64,000 nt of DNA from Mytilus trossulus (taxonomy: Eukaryota): positions 58,652,001 to 58,716,000 of the forward strand of contig NC_086379.1 of the NCBI RefSeq assembly GCF_036588685.1, read 5' to 3'. Position numbers and translations under genes: made by a program. Below, piece by piece: positions 27,373 to 40,900 of the stretch. Positions within the stretch are counted from its first letter, which is position 1. Every line of letters starts with the position of its first letter. A model generated the notes under the pieces. The model did not search any database, was not told where the DNA came from, and was given only the letters and a program-made list of their open reading frames with translations.

Positions 27373-28732
27373 TTATGTCTCGCCATCAGAGACTTTTTTA
27401 CGGGCGAGACAAACAACTTGGTTTGAATATGATTACTAGAATATCCATGTATAAAGCATGTATCGCTCTTCTTGATCCAAAAATAAAACATCAAATAAAA
27501 CAAAAACAAAAATAAGACAGTATGTGTTGATTATGAGCAACCTGACTTTGATAGTGAAGAGTTGTCTATTATTTTTGTATAAATTAGATCCCGTTTACAC
27601 TGACAAAAAAGAATAGGATCGATCTTCAATCGGACTTAAAAAGTCTACCTATAGAGGTGGTTTTAAGGAGATCGATCTTAATATTTGAATCGAACATTAT
27701 TTTTTTGGTGTCGAAATGTAAGTTGAGAATCGGAGGTTAATTGCGTACACTAAAACATGAACTCGTGTAGAAACCTTTTCACAATATGTAGCACAATACT
27801 ACAGACATTAATGATTTCCCGCTCTGTCAGATTAATTATAAATGACACTTGTTACAGAGGAAACTAGAGTGGAATGTTTAAAAGTGAGAGAGATGATAAA
27901 CATAACCCTTCCCAGTTTCAAATAGCCGTGAGAAATGCTTAATCAGCATTTTCATTAAATGTTATGTAGAGCTATCGTTCCCGCTCTTGTCATATTGTAC
28001 ATGAATTTAAAACGCATGAACATATGTCTTTGTTTTTGTTATAGTAAACTTATTGTTGAAAATAAGGAAACAGTCTTTTTCTGATAATTGTCTTTTCTAA
28101 CAACGATTTGTCAATACACTTTGTTATGATCATTTTATTTTGTTCAATATATAGTTATATAGTTCATGACAGTAAAAATTATCATCATCATAGCGAACGT
28201 ATTTTCATACCCAACCACACATAATCTTTACTTTGTGTTAATTGCTTATCATTTATTCTTTCTGCCTATATAACATTTAATCCATGCCTCCATATTATAA
28301 GTGATTGGATTATAACTTTCCTGTTTTAATTACAAAATAACAAGTTGTTGAATGAAAAAAGAGACAAAAAGATATGCTAGATATATGTTGCTTATCTTGC
28401 AGTAACCCAACGAAACGAAATAAAACATAAAAGCCACCTAGCTATATGTCAACATAGGTCTTGTAACATAAGTAAACGTCAAGTTTGTGTATGCAGTCCA
28501 TACGTAGTTCTCGGATTATAGCATGTTGTTTGGTGTAAGCCAAGGCTCCGTGTTGAAGACCGTACCTTCACCTATAATGGTTTACTTTTATAAATTATTA
28601 CTGAGGTGGAGAGATGTATCATTGGAACTTATGCCACAACTTCTGTATATCTAATTCGATTCATAGGCCGTCAAAAATGTAATATAGTTATCTTGAGAAA
28701 TGTGTCTTCTACTAAGTAAGCGTTCCTTTTAG

Positions 28733-29977
28733 GTAGTAGCTATTCATCCGGCTACCGGACAAACAGTAAAAATATGTCTATTCATCCGCCAAGCCGGACA
28801 AATAGCACTTTAACAGTCTTTTGCTATTTGTCCGGCTAAAAATATAATGATAAAAAAATAGCATCGTGATTTAAGGAGATGAATAAACGCTTTGAGTAGT
28901 TATGAGCAATATATAGTCTAAAATTGCATATCAACATCTATGCAGCTAATACACCTTTAAATTAGTTACTTGGCTAAAAAATGTTCAAATTATTTTTATT
29001 CATTCATTAAAACAAATCAAAATCCAAATGAATATACTACAAAGTATATATTTTATTTAGATTTTTTTTTATTCTATATGAGTTAAGGGCAAGGGCAAAC
29101 AAGACTCTCATCTTTTTATTTGTTCTACCTGTGAATTTCATGTAAGGTAAAGAGTGTGACCACTATAGACAATAGCCAATATACATCCTTGATCCCGAAA
29201 GAAGATTTTGAATTTATTGTTTTATTGAAGTTATGTTCAAATCAGGTCGTCAAATAATGTTCAGACACGATTTTTTACTTAAATGTTCGGGGATTTTTTA
29301 CTTATAGAAAATAAGAGAGAACGATAGGCACGTGTAACCTTCCCCAAAAGTAAAAATGATGTACGATAGAAAAATATAAAACCAATGTTGATTAAGTTAA
29401 ATCGAATAAAAAAGGGGTTACCCCAACCCTGGTGCATGTATAATATTCCGAGTCCAGATATATCAGTACATGTTAATAGATCTCCGTTGTAGTAGAATTT
29501 AGAAATAATGCATGCAAGCATATTTGAGTTAGTCATTATCCAAATGCGTTTTGCCTCCATTTTTAGTTTGATTACAGGCTTTATTCCTCTAAGTTTTCGT
29601 GTATACTATATAAAATGAGTCTTCAATGTAGCGATTAACTCCCGCACCCAAATGCGTCCTTCCGCTGGCCCCTTAAAAATATGTATACTAGTACATATAT
29701 ACGCTATTATTCTGGGGTCACTATAGCTAATAAATAAAAAAAAATGGTTTACAGTAATCACATTCTCTCTAGTTTTCTTTGTAAATCTCGATCTTTATTT
29801 CTCAAAACGTCCATTGTATATGCGCGTTTGTTATCCAACACATCATCCATGACATGCACTTTCCACGCCACATGACACTTTTATAGATATTTAAGATTTT
29901 CGCATCCGCAAATGGAAGGCCGGACAAATATAGATTTTCAACTATTCGTCCGGCTACCCTGACGAATAGACACTCCA
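28733..29977. mobile_element. Non-autonomous element with gccggacaaatag / ctatttgtccggc subterminal hairpins
   Basis: Inverted motif clusters at both ends; related motifs at ~19436-19476 and ~20811-20846. Confidence 0.55.
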
Positions 29978-30510
29978 TTCCTTTTAACTAAAATGAACAT
30001 TGTCATGATTAAAGTATATATCATACATCGCTCGCCGCACTTTTCACGAATAAGTTACTCTCTTTAAATAAAGCTATTATTATTATTATTATTATTATTA
30101 TTCACAGTAATTTAAACTTCAAAAATGATAAGTAACATGTGTAAATGTGATCTTTGACTGTGAATTTTCAAAATGGTTGCGGCTCGCCTGATATTAGATT
30201 TTGAAGAATAACAAAACACATATTCCTTCCTTTAAATCAATGGCTTCAGTATTCACTTCAACAAAAGATAAAAAAAAAAAATCTCGCTCCCAAAATAAAA
30301 GTCCAACGAACAATTGTCTATTTTGCAGTCACCGAGGCCTGCAAAAAAGTAAAAACGTTTTATAGAAAGAATTGCTACAGAAATAAAAAAGCTTTTAATT
30401 TCGAGATTCTTATAAATATCCTTTAAAGCATTAAACAAATTGTTGTGTTGTTATTAGTTTTTACGTTGTGACCCACACTCAAAAATGTGATACATAATAT
30501 ATATATATAT

Positions 30511-32210
30511 GTCGTGTACAAGTTGCGATTTTGTACAGGTTATAACATGTACAAAAATATTGTACATGTTATAACTTGTATAATGCAAAAATACAAGTTA
30601 TAACATGTACAAAAGTACCTCATACATGTTATAACCTGTACAAAATATTGCTTAAAAATGGTTTTAACTTGTACACAATTTAAGATAAATCTTAATGAAG
30701 TAAAATATACATTTAAATTCACCAATGCTATAAAGAACAACAATAAATAGGCCAGAGCGTGTCTTTTTCTGTAGATGACAATGATCATAAAGTTTAAGAA
30801 ATATGTTTCATGACTTACAAAATGTATGTTGGCAAAATGTGTTTTCATGTGATTGTATGTTTTATGCATTCCATCTTTACTTAAATAAGTGTGACACTAT
30901 TTACTAAAAGCTTGCATTTCCTCAATGACAATTACATTCGATACTAGTAGCTAAACTCTTCCAAAAAATTTAAGAACAATGGCTTATAATTTTGGGTAAT
31001 ACTCCTCCCTTTCGTTTTATAGCATGCAAAGACTAAAACAATGTCTTTATATGCTTACTCTGTAAAAGCAAGAGAGAGCTGAAATAGTTTTCATCTGACC
31101 ACCCTTCATTATCAATATCTTTGGATCTACTCTTCAGCATTTTTGGCCTTCAGCATGACTTATGTAAATTTATAACTAATTATTTTTTAGAAACTATAAG
31201 ATCAATGCATGAGGTGAATGTCATTTTGATGTTTTAAATATAAATCTTCTACTATGAAAGCATGTATTTGTGGCCTTTGGATGTTGTCTGATCCATGGAC
31301 GGTTGACCGTTATGGGATAACCGTTTCACAAATGATATCGGATATGTTCCTTACGTCGGAACTCCAATCCCCGTCCCTTTCATAAATGTGACCTACCGAA
31401 TGAAACTATTTACCGGATTTGTTATCACATAAGCAACACAACGGACGCCTAATCATGTGGAGCAGGATCTGCTTACCCTTCCGGAGCACCTGCGGTCACC
31501 CCTAGTTTTTGGTGGGGTTCGTGTTGTTTATTCTTTAGTTTTCTATATTGTGTCATGTGTGCTATTGTTTGTCTGTCTGTCTCTTACATTTTTAGCCATG
31601 GCGTTGTCAGTTTATTTTCGATTTATGAGTTTGACTGTCCCTTTGATATCTTTCGTCCCTCTTTGTTGCCTTTAGGACACATACCGCATTTCCATTCCCA
31701 ATTTTATTTGTAGACACATCTATCCTGGCTATCCTCTTATGTCTTTTAGTGTCAACTAGAATGAAAGTAGTTTACTATTGCCTTCAAAGTGGACACTCAC
31801 AATTATAATTCATCAAATAAAGATATGTCCATAAATAGTCATAAGAGGATCATAAGACATGTCCTTAAGAAATATCTTATGACAGGCCTTAGGAATGCAT
31901 CGTAATACTGACCCCTGGACATTAACTGTATCATAAAAGGACAAAACACACTAACATGAAGGAATAATTAAAAAAGTTATGAAAATATTATTGAGGTTAA
32001 TAACATCTGTTGCGATAATAGAACCATATCCTTATATTTCGATTTTGTACAAGTTAAAACCATTTTTAAGCAATATTTTGTACAGGTTATAACATGAACG
32101 AGGTACTTTTGTACATGTTATAACTTGTATTTTTGCATTATACAAGTTATAACATGTACAATATTTTTGTACATGTAATAACCTGTACAAAATCGCAACT
32201 TGTACACGAC
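30511..32210. mobile_element. Non-autonomous DNA transposon with ~170-bp TIRs inserted in (TA)n
   Basis: gtcgtgtacaagttgcgattttgtacagg... at 30511-30680 mirrored at 32040-32210. Confidence 0.88.
31457..31662 (+). repeat. Interspersed repeat family C (gtggagcaggatctgcttacccttccggagcacctg...)
   Basis: Second copy at ~44576-44780; 3' fragment at ~235-290. Confidence 0.8.
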
Positions 32211-32952
32211 ATATATATATCAGAGTTATTGTCCAGCCTTTCCTTTTGTCGAAAAAAAAGCGAGACATAGCGATCTTACATGCTGTCATCGTCGTTGGTG
32301 GCGGAGTCCACACATATTCACTCTGTGGTTAAAGTTTTTGAAATTTAAATAACGTTCTTAAACATCCTGGATTTCTTCCAAATTTAGCTTTTCTAAGATC
32401 ATTAGATAGTATCCCGAAGTAAATTTGGTAAAACAAATCCTGTCCCGTATTTGTTTTGCTTACAAAAAGTTTTAGTTTTTTGCCAGGAAACATTGCGGTC
32501 ACTTGCAACTAACAGCAAAAGAAGGCAAGACACTGAGTTTCGCGGAACTCTTACGAATCTTATTTTTCCCTACTGAAACATTGGTGCAAACACTAGGGAG
32601 AAATTTATTATCTTTACTCTTGTGAAAAATACTGTATGCAACTTATCTTTCTTGCGCTCAGGGCAGTAAATTACATGGAGACATGTTTGGCAGTTGCCTT
32701 CTTTTGCGGGCTGACAGAAAGAAAAAAAGTAAACCTGAAACCTGCAAATATAAAATAAAATGGTAAAACTCGTGCATTATTTTAATAGCTCTATTGATTT
32801 TACCCAGCAAGATTATTAATGATGATGACAGTGTTTTTTTTTTATATTTAGGTCTAGAAAATATCTCTGAACGCTATACCCAACTCCTTTGCACACGTAA
32901 AATTTGAGTCAATGCTTTAAGGATATTAGTTGCTACCACATTAATTTTGTAA

Positions 32953-33737
32953 CTTACCGGAATTGCGAATGAGACACTATATACTAGTATAAATGATATC
33001 TTGTACCCTAGAAGTTCACAGATGGAAAAAAAATGACGTCTAAATTATCATACCGGCGTCACACATCAGCGTGAAGCTCCGACGTACGCAAGGCGTGTTA
33101 AAAAAAATCATAAACGCTGTCAATGCTTTAGTAATTTTGGATGCATTCAACCTTTCAATCATATCTGTAACGTGACCACAACAAGCTTTGAATTTCAGTG
33201 TGTATTGGGCGTACGAGAAGCGTACATAAGCGTTTATCTGGCATTCAAGAAACTATGTTGGCATATGCTTGGCGCTTGTCTAACGTAGATGGAATGCACG
33301 CTACGAAGGAAAAAAGTTTCTTGACCGTATTTTAGACGCATCCTGCTTGTATATTGGACGTTCTTTTATGGGGTGTGTGTTACACAAACACACCGCATAC
33401 GTTTTAATTAAGGTCGAACAATCTTGAAGCGTAAACAACGTGCCATTAACTTGTCTCAAACTTATCTGTAGCGCGTTAAACACGCTTGTATCGTTTGTAT
33501 TACGTGCGTGTAGCGTACATGTATACGGTAGACACACGTTTGAGCTGGATGAAATTTTTTAAGCTGCATACAAATTTCCTCGAGTTGTAGCGTTCATAAA
33601 GCGCATACCTTTGTTTTTCGACATACTTCAAACTTATGCAACGAGCGTTTATCGATTGCTTAGGGTTCTCTGGCGTGCAACCAATGTGTACTGAATTTGT
33701 CAATTTTCTCTGTACGTTTGGTGCGCGCCGGCATAAG
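32953..33737. mobile_element. Degenerate non-autonomous TIR element
   Basis: cttaccgg... / ...ccggcataag ends; interior dense in acgc/gcgt motifs. Confidence 0.45.
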
Positions 33738-33856
33738 GAGATTGGGTGATCTGGTTATGCTACACGTACATAGAAGTGACTCTGACAATGTTGACAATAT
33801 TGAATGTATAGAAGTGCTTATTAAGAGATGGGATTCGTTTGGGCACAGAAAAATCA
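33738..33856 (+). pseudogene. hAT transposase C-terminal (dimerisation domain) remnant
   Basis: RLGDLVMLHVHR....D....IEVLIKRWD...RKI resembles the hATC end motif RLxxLxLLHIHR...IDxF...R. Confidence 0.45.
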
Positions 33857-34724
33857 CCTCATCATTTGACAAACTGAAACATAACCGAATAAAACTTTCG
33901 AGGTGAACAAACAGTGGTACATTATAATACTTTAAATTTGACAATTATAAAGCTTTGATTTATAATGTTTGCATTTTCATTTTAATGTTTGAAAATTGTG
34001 TCTGTGAAACGATGTAAAATTGGCTCGATCGGGACAGCCAAAGAGGGAGGATAAACCTTAAAAAAATATTTTCAAATTCAGAGGGCCTTTCATCATAAGT
34101 TCGCCAATTGTCAGTTTCCCTAAAACTCAAAACATATATATAGTTTTTGAAGAGTCATAAAGCAGGAAATCGTCAAAAAAATCTTTCTTTACTGGCACAC
34201 CTAAGTAATCTAACTCCGGTTTATAACTGTATTCAATATATATCAGGCGCTTATTTATTGGAATGTAACAAAGATCTAACAGACCACAGTGAACAGACTG
34301 TGGATTCTGAGGAGATGCATTGCATACATGAAAATTTCCGGATAAATTTTCATTTTCTGCATAAAAAATGAACTTCCGCTGTAAATACATGAAGGTTTAA
34401 CAGAGAAAGTTTTTGTATGATAATAATTTGAAGACACTGTAAAGAGGGAAGACATTTTTTTGGAGTAATTTGATGACGAAGCAATAACATTTAGTTCTAA
34501 TACCGCGAGCCATAACCATCGTACGTGGTCAACGGAAGTACATTCCTTTACTTGACATAAATCAACATTTTCGGGATTATTTCATTCGTAGGCGTTTTTA
34601 TTTATAATTTAGAGCAAACGATGCCCAATGATGGTTCAACAAAGTATCAAAATTCCTAAATTTTATTGAATTCCACTAAGATCCCACTAAAATATATGAA
34701 TAAAAAAAAGGATGATGCTTTGGA

Positions 34725-34805
34725 CCAATAAAAACTTATGTTTGATAAAGTCCTTTGAATTCTAAGAAGACCCTCCCCTTTATTGACCAGTATATATAAA
34801 GGCCG
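34725..34805 (+). promoter_or_regulatory. Candidate Pol II promoter of the six-exon gene
   Basis: CCAAT at ~34725 and TATATATAAAGG at 34791-34802, about 150 bp upstream of ATG 34945. Confidence 0.5.
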
Positions 34806-34944
34806 GAAAAATATATTCTTTGCGAAATTATTTCATTCCATGTTCATTCCTATATTCCATAAAGTGTTTCATTATAAGTTATTCCCGCAAGTGTTAAAAT
34901 TGTGAAAGACGAAACAAAACTCAAAGTTGCAAGTGAAGAAGATC

Positions 34945-37900
34945 ATGGCAATGGAAAGACAAGAATTTGATCGTCAAAGGTAAGTTTTTAAGTTCCTGAC
35001 ACAGACCTTATGATATATTTTTTTTATACCTGAAAACCTTTAAAGTGAAATAAACTTGATACTAGTAAACAAAAGTATATATTCAAATAAATAAATAGAT
35101 AACTCAAGATGTATAAAATCCCCATTTTGATACCGCTATTTTGAGAAAAAAATCAATCTTCAAAATGAATTTGATGTGGCCTGAGTGCTGATTTCCAGAT
35201 TTTGTACTGAAAATAGTTTAAACTGTTAAACCCTGCATATCACAAAGACTGAAGAAATATGATACTACAGCTTTTATGGAGTTTTGAATTCGAAGTCCAA
35301 ACGCATTATCAACATGATCAATCTATCAAAACATGTAAAAATAATCTTTCATATGTTTATCTGTTGACATCCATGTTACGGAAATAATTATTATTTGGCA
35401 AAATGAGAGCAAATTTGATTTATTAAAAACAACATTATTTGAATAAACCCCATCTTGAAAGAATTGAAGAATATGTTTTCAAAATAGAGTCATAAAATAG
35501 CACTTATTATATAAATATATATCTTTAATCGAAAACTGTAATCAATCTATGAAGAAGAAATGCGCTGATAACATGCTGATTATTAAAATGGTGTAATTAT
35601 TGTTATCTGTGAAAAGAATAGTTACTGACACAATATAAATAGATAATGGAATTAAGTCAAAACACAAACAAATTAAATAAATTTTCAAAGAGTATAATTG
35701 TCTGTAAATTAACACTGTTAGACCGACGTATGTTATCTGTTCATGCATTTGGAAATTTTATTACAAATTCACGTGCCGTTGTAGTGACATGATTTATTAT
35801 ATATAAGTCATCAGAAGGTTAATCCAACATGGCATACATACACTTCATAAAGGTGGTTATAGTTTTTTTGTGTCCTAGTTGCAACACTAGTCTATTTTTA
35901 GAGTTCGAGTATAGGTAGATAGCAACAAAAATGAACTATAAACATATAAAAATGCATCAAATATTACAACCAATAGGGCTACACCATAGAACATTACCAA
36001 GGAAAAAATATTTATTGAGACAAGTTTAAGTATCGCATAAAATATATAAATATACAAGGACGAGGATGTGTCTTTAGAGGGCTTATGAATTGCCATAATC
36101 CTGAGACGGCTTCAATAAACAGGCTTTTATAGTACAATCTGCCATTTTTATAAAAACAGTTTAAAAAAGAATAACACTTTTAATTTCCTATTTTTAACGG
36201 AAAATACATATCAAACTTTATATATTAAATGAAAGTTGAAATACTACTTATAAAGATGTAAAAACACAATTGACTTCATTTTATCTTTGACTTCGGCATT
36301 ATCGGTTTGACGAATTATAATATCCGTTACTTAGAGTGCATTTCTTTCTAACACAAACGATGCAAACGGCTAAGCGCGCACATGTTTTGATTATTTGTTG
36401 ATCAAGTTTGACAAACTATGCACCCGCTTAACATCTACTACAGTTTGTCTTTCATCGTTTGTTTGTAAAAACGCTACCTTTGTTACTAACTTCAACCTTG
36501 AATTTCAGTAAGATTATAAGAGAACATCGGAACAATCTGCAAAAAGACAAACAATGCAATGAAATATTCGCCCTAGTGCCTATCATATCGTATAAACGTA
36601 ACACAAATATGACGTTTACAAAATTTAGGTTAGACAGAAATGCACTCTTAATCAGCATGAGATGACAGATTGACAGCTCCACTTTACCATGTTAACTATT
36701 TAATAATTGAGAAAAAATTTAAACTATTCACTTAAAACAGATTGAGATGAAGTACTATAAATCCTTAATCACAAACTATAAAACTTTAAATCATCATATA
36801 AATCTTAAAAATCCAATCGTGACAACGAAATATAAAATAAAATATCTAGAACAGGGACTTTCTTACGGAAACGCATTTGTGACATGCATAGACTTATGAA
36901 TAGACTTATTAAGAAGGGATATAATTACGATACTGTTGTCAAGTCATTAAATATTGCATATTTTTGCGTTAATATTGAGTCACGGATAAGGTCTTTGCGT
37001 CGGAACTAAACACATTTATTCTAAAAACAGTTGTTGGCATGACACGGGTTATGTTTTTCTCATATATGTTATGATGGTATGATACTAAACCCCTAACGGG
37101 AAGGATTGTGCCTGATGTTCATATGATGAAATCATAATCTTTCAGTCAGTTTAATTGAAGTCTGGAGCTTGCATGTCAGTTAATTGTTTAGGGGACAGCT
37201 GAAGGACGCTTCCTGGTGCGGGAATTTCTCGCTACATTGAAGACCTGTTGGTGACCTTCTGCTGTTGTTTTTTTTATTTGGTCGGGTTGTTGTCTCTTTG
37301 ACACATTCCCCTTTTCCATTCTCAATTTTAGTATAATGATAACGCAAGACAAACGATACAATATACAATACTAATAAAATAAAAAAACATGAAGAATAAT
37401 GTTGAACTATATCATAATGCCACTGGATCTTATTCCAGAATTGAAGTGGAGAAACACATCATATTGTTGAAAACCATTTGCAGAATATGCGGAACACGTG
37501 ACCTACACAGACCAACTTTTGACAAATGCGCTTTCACACCTGAAATAAAGGAAGTATTTGATGTAGACATCAAAGAAGATCAGAAGGAAATTCATCCCAC
37601 GGCTTTATGTCGTTCTCATGAAATGTTACTTTTGAAATGCAGGAAATTAAAAGCAGAAGGCCGCTTGAATGAATTTAAAACTCGGGTAAATCCTGTATGT
37701 TTTAAACCTCATAATGATGACTGCAAAATTTGTAATATCAAAAGAGGGAAAAAACGAAAAATAAACAATTTACAGCCGGAAGAAGACAAAAGAAAGAGGG
37801 TGATTCTGCCTAGTAATGAACACCGGGAAAGAGAATCAAGTCCAGAGGGTTTGACGGAATCAAATGCTTCTTCAGGGAACTCATTAGAATTTCCAAGAAC

Positions 37901-40900
37901 AATTAACACTAAAAATATGCTCGACATATTCAAAAAAATGTCGAAAACCGGACGGTCATCTTTCTTAGATCAACTTCTCCCTCTTTTAACACAAAATGAG
38001 ATTGCGTCTTTAGCAATAAACCTCGGATCAAAACAAGCAAAACTTCTAAAAGCAGACGCTGAACTTATGTCTCAAGATTCCCTGGAAAAGACCAAAATAA
38101 TAGATTTCAATCCAGATGAATGGCTTTCAAAGCGAAACAATGTATTGCTTAACTTCCTAAAAGGAATCACACTGTTCGATCCTAACAGATCGACCGAACC
38201 ACAGAAAATAACGCTATGTCGTGCTGTAGAACACGTTTATGGTTTAATATCGCAGAAATTGGTAGCACCACTTTCCTTTCTTTTGTCTCTGAATATATAT
38301 GCAAGAACGAGCAGCCGGTCTGTTATTGACTTAATCGCAAAATCATCGCCCAGTGGATGCTATAAAACATTACAGAAATGGATATCGAATGCAGGAAACG
38401 AAGTCCAGCCATGTCCACAAAGACCGTTAATGTTCGGTTTCGATAATGAACAAATTATAGGCTACAAGAGAGGTATAAGTGCGGAAAATCGCTCTAGGTC
38501 ATCTATCATAACCACTCAAGTACATGTTATAATGAAAAGTTCAGCTGATAATTTAGATATCCAATATTTAGAAAATCTAAAACCGAAAAATTATTTTTCA
38601 ATAAATCATTTTGAAGACAAAATTAAGCACGCAGAACGTTTCGATCTTCAAGAAAAGCAGCGAGTAGCTGAGGTTGAAAAACAAGAATTTAAAAAAATTG
38701 TGAGCAACATTCAAGACAACGATTCTGATTACTACCAAGAACTCGAATCGATTCACTTGGAACATCTTCAACACTACATTCAGACTGCCATTGATGCAGT
38801 TATTACAGATCGTATGACATCGCGATCATCAACAGACGATTTTGAGGATGAAATTGACAAACAGGATTTCCATGAAAGTAGGAAAAAGGATATCCTCATT
38901 TGCACTTTATGTGGGAGCGAAAATGCCAGGAAAAAATTAATATGTGAAGGATGCAAGAAAAAAAAAGGTATAAAGGAAGCAAGAAAAAATAGCAATTCGC
39001 AAACAACAGCAAAGCCTAAGAAAAAAGAAAAGCCTGTGTTGACAGAAGAGCTAAATTCTAATTCCACAGAGAGAAAAGAAAACACAGCAAATTATTCAAG
39101 ATTTTCATATGTATCCACCAACCATAAAGGGCCTACTGCAGTAAGCATGGGAATGCCTACATTTCAGAACCCAAATAGCAGTGAGTCTGTCGCAATGATA
39201 CTAAGACACATTGGAATGCAAGCTGGCATTAAGCGATACGGTAAAGATAATGATAGAGACTGGACTTTCGTCTGCTGTGACGGAAGACCACATAGTCTCT
39301 TCCAGAAGATATTGAATGAAGCTGTTATCTGTACACATTGCATTAATAACAAGGCGTGTTCAGATAAAGCCTCTTTTACATCAAAAGAAGAGTACACGCA
39401 ACACCACAAACGCCAACATTCCGATTTACAAAGTGCGTATCAAAAGGAATTCGACTGGCTTTATCTTAGAATAGGCGGGGGTCATTTTGAAATGAATGCT
39501 GTCAAGGCCTTTTTTGAGTTGAACTGGATACCATATCTTGAAAAGATGTGCGAGCTCATGGGATTTAACAGCCCAAATGCGAAGAACTTTGCTAAAACAT
39601 GTAAGGATCATCATGTAGCATGGCAACTTCTTCTTACATTTCACACTTCTGCTATGCGCGAAATGGTTGTACCATTTATTAAGCATATAGAAAAAAACCA
39701 AGGAGATTCCTCAGCAGCTAACTTTATATCTTTTTATAAAACAGTATTGTCTCATATTCCTAGACATCAATATTTACATTTACAAGTATGCAGATTTTCG
39801 CAGGCATTGATAAATTTACGTATGGGAATGAGGCGCAATAATGCCAAGCTAGTCGCTAGTGCAAAATTTCACTTAAAAGAATTGTTCTACGGTCGACATC
39901 ACCCACATTACCAGAGCATTGAACTTTTTGACACCGTTCAGTACAATACAATGCCAAATGTGGTGAAAACTATTTGGGATAACAACATATCTTTTACGGT
40001 GAGTGGAGACAGCTCAAAAGGACAAGATTTGGATTTTCTGCTAGAAGAAAAAAACAAAAATGTGAAACAATATCTGCCGTCAGGATCAATTCCGTCCGAC
40101 GAGACATGGAAGGCAATATGTTGCAATCTAAATTTTTTGAAAAATTAGAAAGTAAAGTTTCTATTCTCCTTGGGTTAAAAAATCCTACTGAATTTGGTAC
40201 GAAAGAACTTGACATTGATAACGCCATTAACAGTTTTAGACCTGTATTACGGAGGTACATTTCATCAAATGAGAAAAGCTTTGTCTCACTTAAAGGACTA
40301 GAACTACATCCAGATTTGTTACAATTTTTACCAATTTCTACTGGAAAACGTTTGCAAAAAATTAAATCGGAGATTTTATGCCAACCCATAGAGATTGTTA
40401 ACAATGAACCCGTATATGTTACAATAAATGAAGAAACCGATTATCAACACAAGCTTTCAAAGGAAAGATTAAGCATGAAAATACAGAAACTTATCGACCA
40501 ATTATCATCAGATGAACTTTTGCAGAGGCATTATCAAACTATTTTGGATTCCTTAAAAAGTCCCCTAATCAAACGTGATGTCTATGTAACACTTTATTTT
40601 GAATTGAAAGACGTGGTAAGCAGCACAACATCAGTGTTCGTGGAGTAGATGGGAACGAGAACTATGATTTCATATATTATACATCATACATGGCTAGGTA
40701 AAATAAGTACAATAATAGCTTAACTGTTAAAAAAACCCGTAGTTATGCTTATTGTGATGTTTGTGTGTATAACTTATTACAGAATTTACTAGAAAATTCT
40801 AGTGAATTTTGTTATAAGTTTAACACATAAACATATTTTTTCGTCAACAAAAACGGAAAATGTCTATTGGTGATATAAACAAGTGTTATTTCGATTTTGA

